Assembly (NCBI RefSeq): GCF_028641065.1
Contig: NW_026576459.1
Location: 1 to 64,000, forward strand
From: Leucoraja erinacea
Lineage: Eukaryota
DNA: 64,000 nt
Reading direction: 5' to 3'
Shown: positions 38,265-51,799 of the stretch, one piece after another
Layout: every line of letters starts with the position of its first letter
Position numbering within the stretch: the first letter of the stretch is position 1
The notes under the pieces: generated by a model
Seen by the model: only the letters and a program-made list of their open reading frames with translations
The model's database searches: none
Told to the model about the DNA's origin: nothing
Translations under genes and position numbers: made by a program

Positions 38265-38620
38265 GTAGATGTGTACAAAATCATGAGAGGAACAGATGGG
38301 GTAGATGCACAGAGTCTCTTGCCCAGAGTAGGGGAATCGAGGACCAGAGGACATAGGTTCAAGGTGAAGGGGATAAGATATCTGAGGGGTAACTTTTTCA
38401 CACAGGGTGGTGGGTGTATGGAACAAGCTGCCAGAGGAGGTAGTTGAGGCTGGGACTATCCAATCGTTTATGCAATATTTAGACAGGTACATAGATAGGA
38501 CAGATTTGGAGGGATATGGACCAAGCGCAGGCAAGTGGGACTAGTGTAGATGGGACATGTTGGCCGATGTGGGCAAGTTGGGCCGAAGGGCCTGTTTCCA
38601 TACTGTATCACTCTATGACT
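38265..38620 (+). mobile_element. CR1 3' end
   Basis: RVVGVWNKLPEEVVEAG-like coding remnant and tail. Confidence 0.85.
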
Positions 38621-38814
38621 AAGAGTCAATGGAAGGGAAGGTTGGTTTGCGCGATGGTCTGGGCTGTGTGCAGTTCTCAACTGTGACTCATCCCTCCTCT
38701 CCATAGATGCTGCCTGTCCCGCTGAGTTACTCCAGCATTCTGTGTCCTTCTTCAGTGTAAACCTGCATCTGCAGTTCCTTCCTACAGATAAAATGCTTTC
38801 TGCGGCGCAGTACT

Positions 38815-39280
38815 AGTGTGATAGTGTGGAAACAGGCCCTTCGGCCCAACTAGCCCATAGAAGCCAACATGCCCCATCTACCCTAGTCACAGAGTGATAC
38901 AGTGTGGAAACATGCCCTTCGGCCCAACTTGCCCACACTAGCCAACATGCCCCATCTACACTAGTCACAGAGTGATACAGTGTGGAAACATGCCCTTCGG
39001 CCCTACTTGCCCATACTAGCCAACAATGTTCCAGCTACACTAGTTACAGAGTGATACAGTGTGGAAACAGGCCCTTCGGCCCTATTTGCCCATACTAGCC
39101 AACAATGTTCCAGCTACACTAGTCACAGAGTGATACAGTGTGGAAACATGCCCTTCGGCCCTATTTGCCCATACTAGCCAACAATGTTCCAGCTACACTA
39201 GTTACAGAGTGATACAGTGTGGAAACAGGCCCTTCGGCCCTACTTGCCCACACCGGCCAACATGTCCCATCTACACTAGT
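38815..39280 (-). repeat. 78-79-bp tandem array of inverted CR1 3' termini
   Basis: 6 units, reverse complement of 38541-38620. Confidence 0.9.
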
Positions 39281-39479
39281 CTCAACAAAGCTCTTGTGGC
39301 GACCCCTGGTGGTGAGCCACGCACTGTACATAACCTTCGGCTCTGGGTAGACAATAGACAACAGGTGCAGGTCCAGGCCATTCGGCCCTTCATGTCCTGA
39401 CCAGAGGTGATGGTCACGGGTGCCCCTGGGGTTATTTAAGATGGTAATCACACGCGCGCACACGGGGTGGTGGGTTGTT

Positions 39480-39672
39480 ATATATTTTTATTTTTTATTA
39501 CACAAATACTTGTATTCAAAAACTACAAATAAAGATACAGTATTAACACAATCAAAGGCTGCCTATGTTGACAGTTCATCAAATTAATATGATGCCAACT
39601 TGATCAACAAACACTCGACCTCCCGCGGCGACCAGCATTCACGGACGGTCTCCAGAGTCCCCGTGGACACCT
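39480..39672 (-). mobile_element. Tx1/L1 3' fragment
   Basis: VSTGTLETVRECWSPREVEC followed by A-rich tail. Confidence 0.55.
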
Positions 39673-40017
39673 CGTGTGTGTTCCCTCTCCACACACTGAT
39701 GGTAACAACAGTGAGGTGAAGCTGCATCCTTCACTCTGCAACTGTGCTCTCTGCCAGCTTCCATCCGTTGCTGTATCCTCAGCCACTGGTCCCCCTCCTA
39801 GACACACACACACATATATAGTCAAGTCAAGAGAGTTTATTGTCATGTCTCCCAGATAGGACAATGAAATTCTTGCTTGCTGTAGCACAACAGAATATAG
39901 TAAGCATAAATACAGAACAGTTCAGTGTGTCTATATAGCATAGACCATATATACACACATAAATAAACAGATAAAGTACAATAGGCTGTTATAGTTCAGA
40001 GTTTGTTTGAGTTTAGT

Positions 40018-40700
40018 TTAATAGCCTGATGGCAGTGGAGAGATGAGTGTGTGGCCAGGATGGTGTGGGTCCTTGATGATGCTGCCAGCCTTTTTGAGGC
40101 AGCAACTGCGATAGATCCCTTCGATGGTGGGGAGGTCAGAGCCGATGATGTACTGGGCAGTGGTCACAACTTTCTGCATTCTTTTCCGCTCCTGGACGTT
40201 GAAGTTGCCGAACCAAGCCACAATGCAACTGGTCAGCATGCTCTCTACTGTGCACCAGTAGAAGTTAGAGAGATTCCTCCTTGACAAACCAACTCTCCGT
40301 AATCTTCTCAGGAAGTAGAGGTGCTGATATGCTTTCTTTACAATTGCATCAATGTGCTGGGACCAGGAAAGATCTTCAGAAATATGCACGCCCAGGAACT
40401 TCTTGACTCTTTCCACCATATAAACGGGATTGTGGGTCCCTATCCTACCCCTTCCAAAGCCCACAATCAGTTCCTTGGTGTTGCTGGTGTTGAGAGCCAG
40501 GTTATTGTGCTGGCACCATTTGGTGAATAGGTCGATCTCACTTCTATACTCTGACTCGTCCCCATCAGTGATTCGTCCCACAACAGTAGTGTCGTCGGCG
40601 AACTTGATGATGGAGTTCGCACTATGACTGTCTACACAGTCATGAGTATAGAGTGAGTACAGCAGGGGGCTGAGCACGCAGACTTGAGGTGCTCCCGTGT
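40018..40700 (-). mobile_element. Rex1/Babar RT 3' fragment
   Basis: GAPQVCVLSP, KFADD, FLGVHISEDLSW. Confidence 0.9.
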
Positions 40701-40861
40701 NNNNNNNNNNNNNNNNNNNNNNNNNNNNNNNNNNNNNNNNNNNNNNNNNNNNNNNNNNNNNNNNNNNNNNNNNNNNNNNNNNNNNNNNNNNNNNNNNNNN
40801 NNNNNNNNNNNNNNNNNNNNNNNNNNNNNNNNNNNNNNNNNNNNNNNNNNNNNNNNNNNNN
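40701..40861. other. Assembly gap
   Basis: N run. Confidence 1.
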
Positions 40862-40919
40862 GAAACACAAGTAAATATATATGTATACGCACACACACAG
40901 TCGCACAAACACATATTTA

Positions 40920-43900
40920 AACTAATGTGGCAGGGGGATGGGTACAAGAGCAGAGAGGCAGGGGGGTGTAAAATGAGGGTAGAAGAAAGAGGTAGCAAGG
41001 TGCAAAGTAAAAGTGGCTGGCAGACAAAACCAGGGCAAAAATCAAAAAGGGCCACTTCTCAACATAATTGTATAAGGGGTAAGAGAGTTGTAAGCCTGAA
41101 GGCTTTGTGTCTCAATGCAAGGAGTATTCGTAATAAGGTGAATGAGTTGAACGTGCAGATAGCCATTAATGATTATGATATAGTTCGGATCACGGAGACA
41201 TGGCTCCAGGGTGACCAAGGCTGGGAGCTGAACATCCAGGGATATTCAATATTCAGGAGGGATAGAGAGAAAGGAAAAGGAGGTGGGGTAGCATTGCTGG
41301 TTAGAGAGGAGATTAACGCAATGGAAAGGAAGGACATTAGTTTGGAGGATGTGGAATCGGTATGGGTAGAGCTGCGAAACACTAAGGGGCAGAAAACGCT
41401 GGTGGGTGTTGTGTACAGGCCACCTAACAGTAGTAGTGAAGTTGGAGATGGTATCAAACAGGAAATTAGAAATGCGTGCGACAAAGGCAATGCAGTTATA
41501 ATGGGTGACTTCAATCTACATATAGATTGGGTGAATCAAATTGACAGGGGTGCTGAGGAAGAGGATTTTTTGAAATGTATGCGGGATAGTTATCTAAATC
41601 AACATGTAGAGGAACCAACGAGAGAGCTGGCTATTTTAGACATAGTATTGAGTAATGAGGAAGGATTAGTTAGCAATCTTGTTGTACGTGCCCCCTTGGG
41701 CAAGAGTGACCATAATATGGTTGAGTTCATCATTAGGATGGAGAGTGACATTGTTAATTCAGAAACAATGGTTTTGAACTTAAAGAAAGGTAACTTTGAG
41801 GGTATGAGACGTGAATTGGCCAAGATTGACTGGCAATTAATTCTAAAAGGGTTGACGGTGGATATGCAATGGAAGACATTTAAATACTGCATGGATGAAC
41901 TACAAAAATTGTTCATCCCAGTTTGGCAAACGAATAAATCAGGGAAGGTAGTGCATCCGTGGATAACAAGGGAAATCAGGGATAGTATCAAAGCGAAGGA
42001 TGATGCGTACAAATTAGCCAGAAAAAGCAGCATATCGGACGACTGGGAGAAATTCAAAGACCAGCAGAGGAGGACAAAGGGCTTAATTAGGAAAGGGAAA
42101 ATAGATTATGAAAGAAAACTGGCAGGGAACATAAAAACTGACTGCAAAAGCTTTTATAGATATGCGAAAAGAAAAAGATTAGTTTAAACAAATGTAGGTC
42201 CCTTGCAGTCAGAAACAGGTGAATTGATCATGGGGAAAAAAGGACATGGCAGGCCAATTGAAAACTACTTTGGTTCTTTCTTCACGATGGAAGACATAAA
42301 TAATCTGCCGGAAATAGCAGGGGACCGGGGGCCAAATGAGTTGGAGGAACTGAGTGAAATCCAGGTTAGTCGGGAAGTGGTATTAGGTAAATTGAATGGA
42401 TTAAAGGCCAATAAATCCCCAGGGCCAGATAGGCTGCATCCCAGAGTGCTTAAGGAAGTAGCCCCAGAAATAGTGGATGCGTTAGTGATAATTTTTCAAA
42501 TTCTTTAGATGATGGAGCAGCTCCTGAGGATTGGAGGGTAGCTAATGTAACCCCACTTTTTAAAAAGGGAGGGAGAGAGAAAACGGGGAATTACAGACCA
42601 GATAGTCTAACATCGGTAGTGGGGAAACTGCTAGTCAGTTAATAAAGATGGGATAGCAGCACATTTGCAAAGTGGTGAAATCATTGGACAAAGTCAGCAT
42701 GGATTTATGAAAGGTAAATCATGTCTGACGAGTCTTATAGAATTTTTTGAGGATGTAACTAGTAGAGTGGACAAGGGAGAACCAGTGGATGTGTTATATC
42801 TGGACTTTCAGAAGGCTTTCGACAAGGTCCGACATAAGAGATTAGTATGCAAACTTAAAGCACACGGCATTCGGGGTTCAGTATTGATGTGGATAGAGAA
42901 CTGGCTAGCAGACAGGAAGCAAAGAGTAGGAGTAAACGGGTCCTTTTCAGAATGGCAGGCAGTGACTAGTGGGGTACCACAAGGCTCAGTGCTGGGACTC
43001 CAGCTATTTACAATATATATTAATGATTAGGACGAGGGAATTGAATGCAACATCTCCAAGTTTGCGGATGACACGAAGCTGGGGAGCAGTGTTAGCTGTG
43101 AGCAGGAGGCTAGGAGGCTGCTCGGTTACTTGGATAGGTTGGGTGAGTGGGCAAATGCAGGGCAGATGCAGTATAATCTGGATAAATGTGAGGTTATCCA
43201 CTTTGGTGGCAAAAACAGGAAAGCAGACTATTATCTGAATGGTGGCCGATTAGGAAAAGGGGGAGATGCAACGAGACTTGGGTGTCATGGTACATCAGTC
43301 ATTGAAAGTAGACTTTCCTGAAGCAGAAAGTCCAGCATCTGCACTTCCTTCTTGAACACATTGAAAGTAGGCATGCATGTGCAGCAGACAGTGAAGAAAG
43401 CAAATGGCATGTTAGCATTCATAGCAAAAGGATTTGAGTATAGGAGTAGGGAGGTTCTACTGCAGTTGTACAGGGCCTTGGTGAGACCACACCCGGAGTA
43501 TTGTGTACAGTTTTGGTCTCCTAATCTAAGGAAATACATTCTTGCCATAGAGGGAGTACAGAGAACGTTCACCAGACTGATTCCTCGGATGGCAGGACTT
43601 AAATATGCTGAAAGACTGGATAGACTCAGCTTGTACTCGCTTAGAAGATTGAGGGGGGATCTTATAGAAACTTACAAAATTCTTAAGGGGTTGGACAGGC
43701 TAGATGCAAGAAGATTGTTCCCGATGTTGGGGAAGTCCAGAACAAGGGGTCACAGTTTAAGGATAAGGGGGAAGTTTTTTAGGTCCGAGATGACAAAAAA
43801 GATTTTCACACAGAGAGTGGTGAATCTGTGGAATTCTCTGCCACAGAAAGTAGTTGAGGCCAGTTAATTGGCTATATTTAAGAGGGAGTTAGATGTGGCC

Positions 43901-44045
43901 CTTGTGGCTGGAGGGATCAGGGGATATAGAGAGAAGGCAGGTACAGGATACCGAGTTGGATGATCAGCCGTGATCATATTGAATGGCGGTGCAGGCTCGA
44001 AGGGCTGAATGGCCTACTCCTGCACCTATTTTCTATGTTTCTATG
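40920..44045 (+). mobile_element. CR1 ORF2 (EN+RT), near full length, disrupted
   Basis: NARSIRNK, ITETWL, YRPP, MGDFN, SDH and RT motifs; 3' tail. Confidence 0.95.
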
Positions 44046-45180
44046 ATTCCTATTAAATCGTTTCCCCTTCACCTTAAAACTGTCCTCTGTTCCTCGATTC
44101 ACCTACTCGGGGCATTGAAATTGATATATCTAATGCATTTTAGATTTCTCGAAAGTGTTACTTTAAAAAAAGTAACGTTTCCACAAACATATACCCCTTT
44201 ATTAATGTCATGGTTTGATGATTCTCAATTCAAATCAAAATGAAATATACGTCAAAATGAGAATGCATACTTTCAAAATACTCAGATTCCCCCCCCCGTG
44301 CAACACATAATTTGTATAACTTTGCAAAGTCAGGAAATGTTATGATTATTTCTTCTCCCTTTTTACAACTACAAACAAAAAAAAAGCACTTGAAATTATA
44401 ACACAATTAAAAGTCAAATTGTCTGTACCGTGGAAGGCACTGGCGTCGATCTGGGGGGGGGGGGGGGGAGATGGGGAATATATCCCCCCCACTTTTTGAG
44501 GTGGGGAATGGCCTGTATTATTATTCCCCAGTTTTTGGAGGTCGAGCAATAACAAAAATAATAATCACCTGCTCCTATCTCTCATGAGGGCTCTGCATTA
44601 TCTTAAAAATACTTCAAACAAAAACCATTGAAATCATACTTTACAATGCACTAAAACATGATTTTAATACATCAAATTTCATAAAGTCCCAACCGTGGGA
44701 TGGGGGGCTCCCCCGTCCTACAACCTCCCCCTCAATGCTTCAAAATCAAGTGATCGAGTTTTATTGCCATATATACTCAAGAATAGAAATATAGAAAATA
44801 GGTGCAGGAATAGGCCTTACGCCCTATCGAGCCAGCACTGCCATTCAATATGATCATGGCTATTCATCTAAAATCAGTACCCCTTTCCTGTTTTTTCCCC
44901 ATATCCCCTGATTTTGCTAGCTGCAACAGCTAAATGTAACTCTCTCTGGAAAACATCCAGTGAATTGGCCTCCACTGCCTTCTGTGGCAGAGAATTCCAC
45001 AGATTCACAACTCTCTGGGTGAAGAAAGTTTGTCCTCATCTCTGAACTCCCCCAACATCGGGAACACTTTTCCTGCAGTTACAGTGTGAAAATCCTGCAG
45101 ACAAGCAGGATGCCTTCTCCATCCATCCCCATTTGAAGGCCACTATATTCCACCGCTTCTATCCAGTGTTTGGTACCTAC

Positions 45181-45327
45181 TTCCAGCAGCCACTGGTTGT
45201 CCTCCAGGATGAACCGAGCCGCAGCCTGGTCTATGCCGGTCACCAGGGTGAATTGGGCGCAGAGACTCTCACGGCAGCGGCACAATGCCTCAGACGGCCC
45301 GGGACTCTTGCACTGAGACTGCTCCAT
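45181..45327 (-). CDS. TDP2: TDP2-like first coding exon, copy B
   Basis: Same 49-aa translation and donor as 2089-2235. Confidence 0.6.
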
Positions 45328-45585
45328 GGCCGGAGCTGCAGCGAGCGACTCGCCAGCCCGGCAAACACTCGCCAGCCCCGGCTCCCCGTCCGCATCTGCC
45401 CCCCTCCGCTGCTTCTGCTTCCATCCATCCATCCCTCCCTCATCCTCGGCTCTCCAACACCCACGACCAGGTTGTTCACAGCACAGCAGCTGCAGCCCCC
45501 GGTTCCGCGGCCCGTGTCCATTTCTCTGGACTCCATCTGCCGTGATTCTCAGTCTGAAAAAGGATCTCGACCCGAAACGTCACTC

Positions 45586-46480
45586 TGTAGCGGGACCTAT
45601 TGGCTAAACTGTGTATTAGAGAAATTAGTGTCTGAAGAAGGGTTTCGGCCCGAAACGTTGCCTTTTTCCTTCGCTCCATAGATGCTGCTGCACCCGCTGA
45701 GTTTCTCCAGCACTTTTGTGTAACCTGTGTATTAGAAAACCGTCGTCAGAGGCCGGGTCTGTCACGTGACAGGGTTGGCGCGCGGGCTTTTGGCAGTTGG
45801 TGATTGACGGTTGGCGGTTGGCGGTTGGTGTTTGACAGTTGACGGTTGGTGTTTGACGGTTGACAGTTGACAGTTGGTGTTTGAAGGTTGACAGTTGACA
45901 GTTGACGGTTGACGGTTGACCAGCTGATCCTCTTCGCGTTAACAAGAGCTCAGAAACGGTTTTCCCTCGACCAGATACCCGTGCAGTTTCAATGTTGTTT
46001 TTACAATAAAACTATTTGACTCTACCCGTGTGGTCTCGCTACAACCTATTCCTTCTCTCCAACACATGCTGCCTGTCCCGCTACATTGGTCACCCCGTCG
46101 GCCCTAACGTTTACGGACCCGCTGTTATGGACGCAGCCGATGACCTCGACGCCAACCCGGCCCAGCAAAACGTCAAGGCCTCAAGCATGGATCCTGCAAA
46201 TCCAGGCCCAGTTTCAGGTCGGACACAGTTACATTGCCGCCGGTTTAACCAGGTATTTCTACATGGATCAAGGAACCTCTCCTTACCTCTAACAAGCGCC
46301 GGCCGAAGGCAAGTACGAGGGCCTCCAGGATCCTGCACATGGACGGCCTCGGTGTGAACTGATGAACGAAATGTTGTCGCTGATGGACGGTGACCGGCCT
46401 CGTCTTGTCTTTGACCAGGCGTTCGGCAGCGACCCCCTTCACCGGCCCCCCTGCAAGTCGCCGAGGGAGAGGACGAGCTG
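45586..46480 (+). mobile_element. Gypsy LTR (45586-46043), PBS and gag remnant, copy B
   Basis: As copy A; LTR 14 bp shorter. Confidence 0.78.
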
Positions 46481-47209
46481 TGACAAGACAAGCAGCAACA
46501 TAGCGACGCTTCCATCAGCCGGGTATCTGCGGCTCCACCATTCATTCCACCGACAACACAACGATGCAACCGGCAGCAGCGGATACCGGTAAGTGTCTGA
46601 CAGTCTTGGTCCTCATTCCTACCAAAGATTAGGAATGTTCACCCTGAGGGAGTTTCCGCGACCGCTGGGCACCGAGTGGGGGTTGAATGTATCCTGGACA
46701 AGGATTGTAATATACTTGTTTAGTAGCTGCTTAGCATATTTGTTTGTCTTGTATTATGGTGGTGTTTTGTTTTACTGTATTGGAAATACTATTTTCATAT
46801 TTGAATAAATATTTTTGATTAAAAAAATATTAAAAAAATTAGGAATGTTACAACATTTTAAGATTTAAACAAACCAAGCCTGTCATTTATTCCATCATAT
46901 AAAGTTGAAAAAGGACTTTAATTTGACACCTAATTCACTTTCATATTTTAAGTATTAAAACAGTTATGGCCATTTTCATACTGGGAAATTAGCATCTTGT
47001 CCCCTATTGCTTTTCCATTCACTTAACACAAAAGCTGTGATCGAGGACAGTCAAAAGCCCATAACTTTATTAAAAATTAACAGAACTGTGAAATGTTCAG
47101 TTATTATAGATTGAAGCATTCTGGAAACAAGCATCCTTACTTGGATGGCCTGAAATTAAAGTATATAATTAGTTAATTACCTAACTAAGTAGCATGATTC
47201 GGGAGGGGG

Positions 47210-50200
47210 AGAATGGCCTCTCTCTGCTTAGGGAGAGCGAGGAGGTCATAGAAAGGAGGTACATACAGGTACCAACGACATAGGTAAAAAAAGAGAAGAG
47301 GTCCTGAAAGAAGAATTTAGGGAGTTAGGTAGAGAGTTAAGGAGAAGGACTGCAAAGGTAACAATCTCAGGATGACTGCCTGTGCCACGCGACAGTGAGA
47401 GTAGAAACGGAGCGAGGTGGAGGATAAATGAGTGGATGAGGGACTGGTGCAGTGGGTATGGATTCAAGTTTCTGGATCATTGGGACCACTTTTGGGGAAG
47501 GTGCGACCTGTACAGAAAGGACGGGTTGCACTTGAACCCGAGGGGGACCAATATCCTGCCGGGGAGATTTGCAAATGCTACTGGGGAGACTTTAAACTAG
47601 TATGGTTGGGGGGAGGGACTCAAATTGGGAAATCTAGCAGTCAGTGTGTAAGGCAGGAGGCAGAGAATGGTAGCATTCTGACCCAAAATGTAGGGGAGAG
47701 AGAAGAAGAAGAAAATAAACAGAGAATAAGAGAGGGTGCGTTTCTTAAATGTGTATATTTTAATGCTAGGAGCATTGTAAGAACGGTGGATGAACTTAGA
47801 GCCTGGATTGACACCTGGAAGTATGATGTTGTGGCGATCAGTGAAACATGGTTGCAGGAGGGCTGTGATTGGAAACTAAATATTCCAGGATTTCGTTGCT
47901 TCAGGTCTGATAGAATTGGAGGGGCAAGAGGAGGAGGTGTTGCATTGCTTATCAGGGAAGATATTACAGCAGTGCTTTGGCAGGATAGATTAGAGGGCTC
48001 GTCTAGGGAGGCTATTTGGGTGGAACTGAGAAATGGGAAAGGGGTAGAAACACTTATAGGGGTGTATTATAGACCGCCAAATGGGGAGCGAGAATTGGAA
48101 GCGCAAATATGTAAGGAGATTGCAGATATTAGTAGTAAGCACAAGGTAGTGATTGTGGGAGATTTCAATTTTCCACACATAGACTGGGAAACACATTCTG
48201 TAAATGGGCTGGATGGGTTGGAGTTTGTAAAATGTGTGCAGGATAGTTTTTTGCAGCAATACATAGAAGTACCTACTAGAGAAGGGGCAGTGCTGGACCT
48301 CCTGTTAGGAAATGAGACGGGTCAGGTGGCAGAGGTATGCGTTGGGGAACAGTTCGGGACCAGTGATCACAATACCATTAGTTTCAATATAATTATGGAG
48401 AGGGTCAGAACTGGACCTAGGGTTGAGATTTTTGATTGGAGAAAGGCTAACTTTGATGAGATGCGAGATGATTTAAAAGGAGTGAACTGGGACATTTTGT
48501 TTTATGGGAAAGATGTGGAAGAGAAATGGAGGACATTTAAAGGGGAAATTTTAAGAGTACAGAATCTTTATGTTCCTGTTCGGTTGAAAGGAAACAGTAA
48601 AAATTGGAAAGAGCCCTGGTTTTGAAGGGAAATTGGACATCTTGTTCGGAAAAAGAGGGAGATCTACAATAATTATAGGCAGCATGAAGTAAATGAGGTG
48701 CTTGAGGAGTATAAGGAATTAAGGGACAGAAGTTTAGGGGTAATATGAGGGGGGACTTCTTTACTCAGAGGGGTGGTAGCGGTGTGGAATGAGCTTCCAG
48801 TGGAAGTGGTGGAGGCAGGTTCATTGGTATCATTTAAAAATAAATTGGATAGGCATATGGATGAGAAGGGAATGGAGGGTTATGGTATGAGTGCAGGCAG
48901 GTGGGACTAAGGGGGAAAAAAAAAGTTGTTCGGCATGGACTTGTAGGGCCGAGATGGCCTGTTTCCGTGCTGTAATTGTTATATGGTTATATGGTTAATG
49001 TAAAAAGAATCTTAAAAAAGAAATTAGAAAAGCTAAAAGAAGATATGAGGTTGCTTTGGCAGGTAAGGTGAAAGTAAATCCAAAGGGTTTCTACAGCTAT
49101 ATTAATAGCAAAAAGATAACGAGGGATAAAATTGGTCCATTAAAGAGCCAGAGTGGACAGCTATCTGCAGAGCCAAAAGAGATGGGGGAGATATTGAACA
49201 ATTTTTTTTCTTCGGTATTCACCAAGGAGAAGGATATTGAATTATGTGAGGCAAGGGAAACTAGTAGAGTAGCTATGGATACTATGTGGTTCAAAGTAAA
49301 AGAAGTACTGACACTTTTAAAAAATATAAAAGTGGATAAGTCTCCAGGTCCTGACAGGATATTCCCTACGACATTGAGGGAAGTTAGTGTAGAAATAGCC
49401 GGGGCTAGGACAGAAATATTTCAAATGTCATTAGAAACGGGAATAGTCCCCGAGGATTGGCGTACTGCGCATGTTGTTCCATTGTTTAAAAAGGGTACTA
49501 AGAGTAAACCTAGCAATTATAGACCTGTTAGTTTGACTTCAGTGGTGGGCAAATTAATGGAAAAGATACTTAGAGATAATATATATAAGCATCTGGATAA
49601 ACAGGGTCTGATTAGGAACAGTCAACATGGATTTGTGCCTGGAAGGTCATGTTTGACTAATCTTCTTGAATTTTTTGAAGAGGTTACTAGGGAAATTGAC
49701 GAGGGTAAACCAGTGGATGTTGTCTATATTGGGCTTTAGTAAGGCCTTTGACAAGGTTCCTCATGGAAGGTTGGTTAAGAAGGTTCAACTGTTGGGTATA
49801 AATGCAGGAATAGCAAGATGGATTCAACAGTGGCTGAATGGGAGAAGCCAGAGGGTAATGGTGGATGGCTGTTTATCGGGTTGGAGGCAGGTGACTAGTG
49901 GGGTGCCTCAGGGATCTGTGTTGGGTCCTTTGTTGTTTGTCATGTACATCAATGATCTGGATGAAGGTGTGGTAAATTGGATTAGTAAGTATGCAGATGA
50001 TACCAAGATAGGGGGTGTTGTGGATAATGAAGAGGATTCCCAATGTTTACAGAGTGATTTAGGCCATATGGAAAAATGGGCTGAAAGATGGCAGACGGAG
50101 TTCAATGCTGATGAATGTGAGGTACAAATCAAAATAGGACGTACATGGTAAATGGTAGGGAATTGAAGAATACAGTTGAACAGAGGGATCTGGGTATAAC

Positions 50201-51776
50201 CGTGCATAGTTCCTTGAAGGTGGAATCTCATATAGATAGGGAGGCGGCGCGACTCTCGTCAGCAGCAGCCTCTGCAGCCCGTCCACGTTTTTATTATTTT
50301 TTGTCTATGTTTCTATGTAGTTTTGTTATTTTTTGTTGGGGGGGGGGGTGGGTGTGGGGGGGGGGGGGGGGGGGAGGGAGGGAGGGAGGGGAGGGGTTAA
50401 CTTTTAAATCTCTCCCTGCACGGGAGACCCGACCTTTTCTTGTCGGGTCTCCGTTGTCGTTGGGGCTGCAACGAGGAGCGGTCTCCAACAGGAAGACCGG
50501 GGACTCTGGTGTCGACGACTCACCTCACCGTCGCGGAGCTGGCCGAGTCCAGAGCGGGTGGAGCGGGTGGTGGAGCGCTGCTGCTGCTGCGGCCCGACCT
50601 CCGGAGATTCGGAGGCTGCAACTGCGGGCCTGGCGGACGGAGGCACCGGGAGCCCGCGGGTCCCTGGAGGGAGACCGCTTTTCAGGGCTCCCGCAACGGC
50701 GACTTCTCCCGCCCGAGTTGCGGGGTTGAAGAGCTCCTGGAGCGGGGCCTGACATCACCGCCCCGCACGGCTTGGAATGGTCGCGGGACTCTGTGAGCGC
50801 ACGCCGGGGGCTCCAACATCAAGACCCGGTGTGCGACCTTGTATTCCCGGCGTGGCTTTAATGGCCGCGGGACAATCGCCATCGCCAGCCGGGGGCTTTG
50901 ACTTTGACTCTGACATCGTGGGGGGGGGCGGAGAGTGCAGTGGAGAGATAAGTTTTTTTGGCCTTCCATCACAGCGATGTGATGGATGTTTATGTAAATT
51001 ATGTTGTGTCTCGGGTCTATTTGTTTGTAATGTATGGCTGCAGAAACGTCATTTCGTTTGGACCTCAAGGGGTCCAAATGACAATTAAATTGAATCTTGA
51101 ATCTTGAATCTTGGTAAAGAAAGCTTTTGGTATGCTAGCCTTTATAAATCAGAGCATTGAGTATAGAAACTGGGATGTAATGTTAACATTGTACAAGGCA
51201 TTGGTGAGACCAAATCTGGAGTATGGTGTACAATTTTGGTCGCCCAATTATAGGAAGGATGTCAACAAAATAGAGAGAGTACAGAGGAGATTTACTAGAA
51301 TGTTGCCTGCGTTTCAACAACTAAGTTACAGAGATAGGTTGAATAAGTTAGGTCTTTATTCTCTGGAGCGCAGAAGGTTAAGGGGGGACTTGATAGAGGT
51401 CTTTAAAATGATGAGAGGGATAGACAGAGTTGATGTGGACAAGCTTTTCCCTTTGAGAATAGGGAAGATTCAAACAAGAGGACATTACTTCAGAATTAAG
51501 GGACAGAAGTTTAGGGGTAATATGAGGGGGGACTTCTTTACTCAGAGAGTGGTAGCGGTGTGGAATGAGCTTCCAGTGGAAGTGGTGGAGGCAGGTTCAC
51601 TGGTATCATTTAAAAATAAATTGGATAGGCATATGGATGAGAAGGGAATGGAGGGTTATGGTATGAGTGCAGGCAGGTGGGACTAAGGGAAAAAAAAGTT
51701 GTTCGGCACGGACTTGTAGGGCCGAGATGGCCTGTTTCCATGCTGTAATTGATATATGGTTATATGGTTATATGGT
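47210..51776 (+). mobile_element. CR1 with ORF1 esterase remnant and ORF2, two nested insertions
   Basis: GTND and DGLHLN (SGNH-like); EN; KYADD; (TATATGGT)n tail. Confidence 0.93.
50241..51111 (+). mobile_element. GC-rich non-autonomous retroposon with (TGAATCT)n tail
   Basis: Interrupts CR1; head and tail resemble 19947-20569. Confidence 0.75.
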
Positions 51777-51799
51777 TTTTCAAATACCTCGAGTTACGA

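Larger units (their letters stand above)
42676..47208 (+). repeat. Segmental duplication, copy B (matches 1-4131)
   Basis: Direct near-identity. Confidence 0.95.

Noticed and set aside
45328-45432. Upstream in-frame ATG extending the copy B exon
   Set aside because: Created by one base change in a CCAT repeat and absent from copy A; the downstream ATG has the better Kozak context
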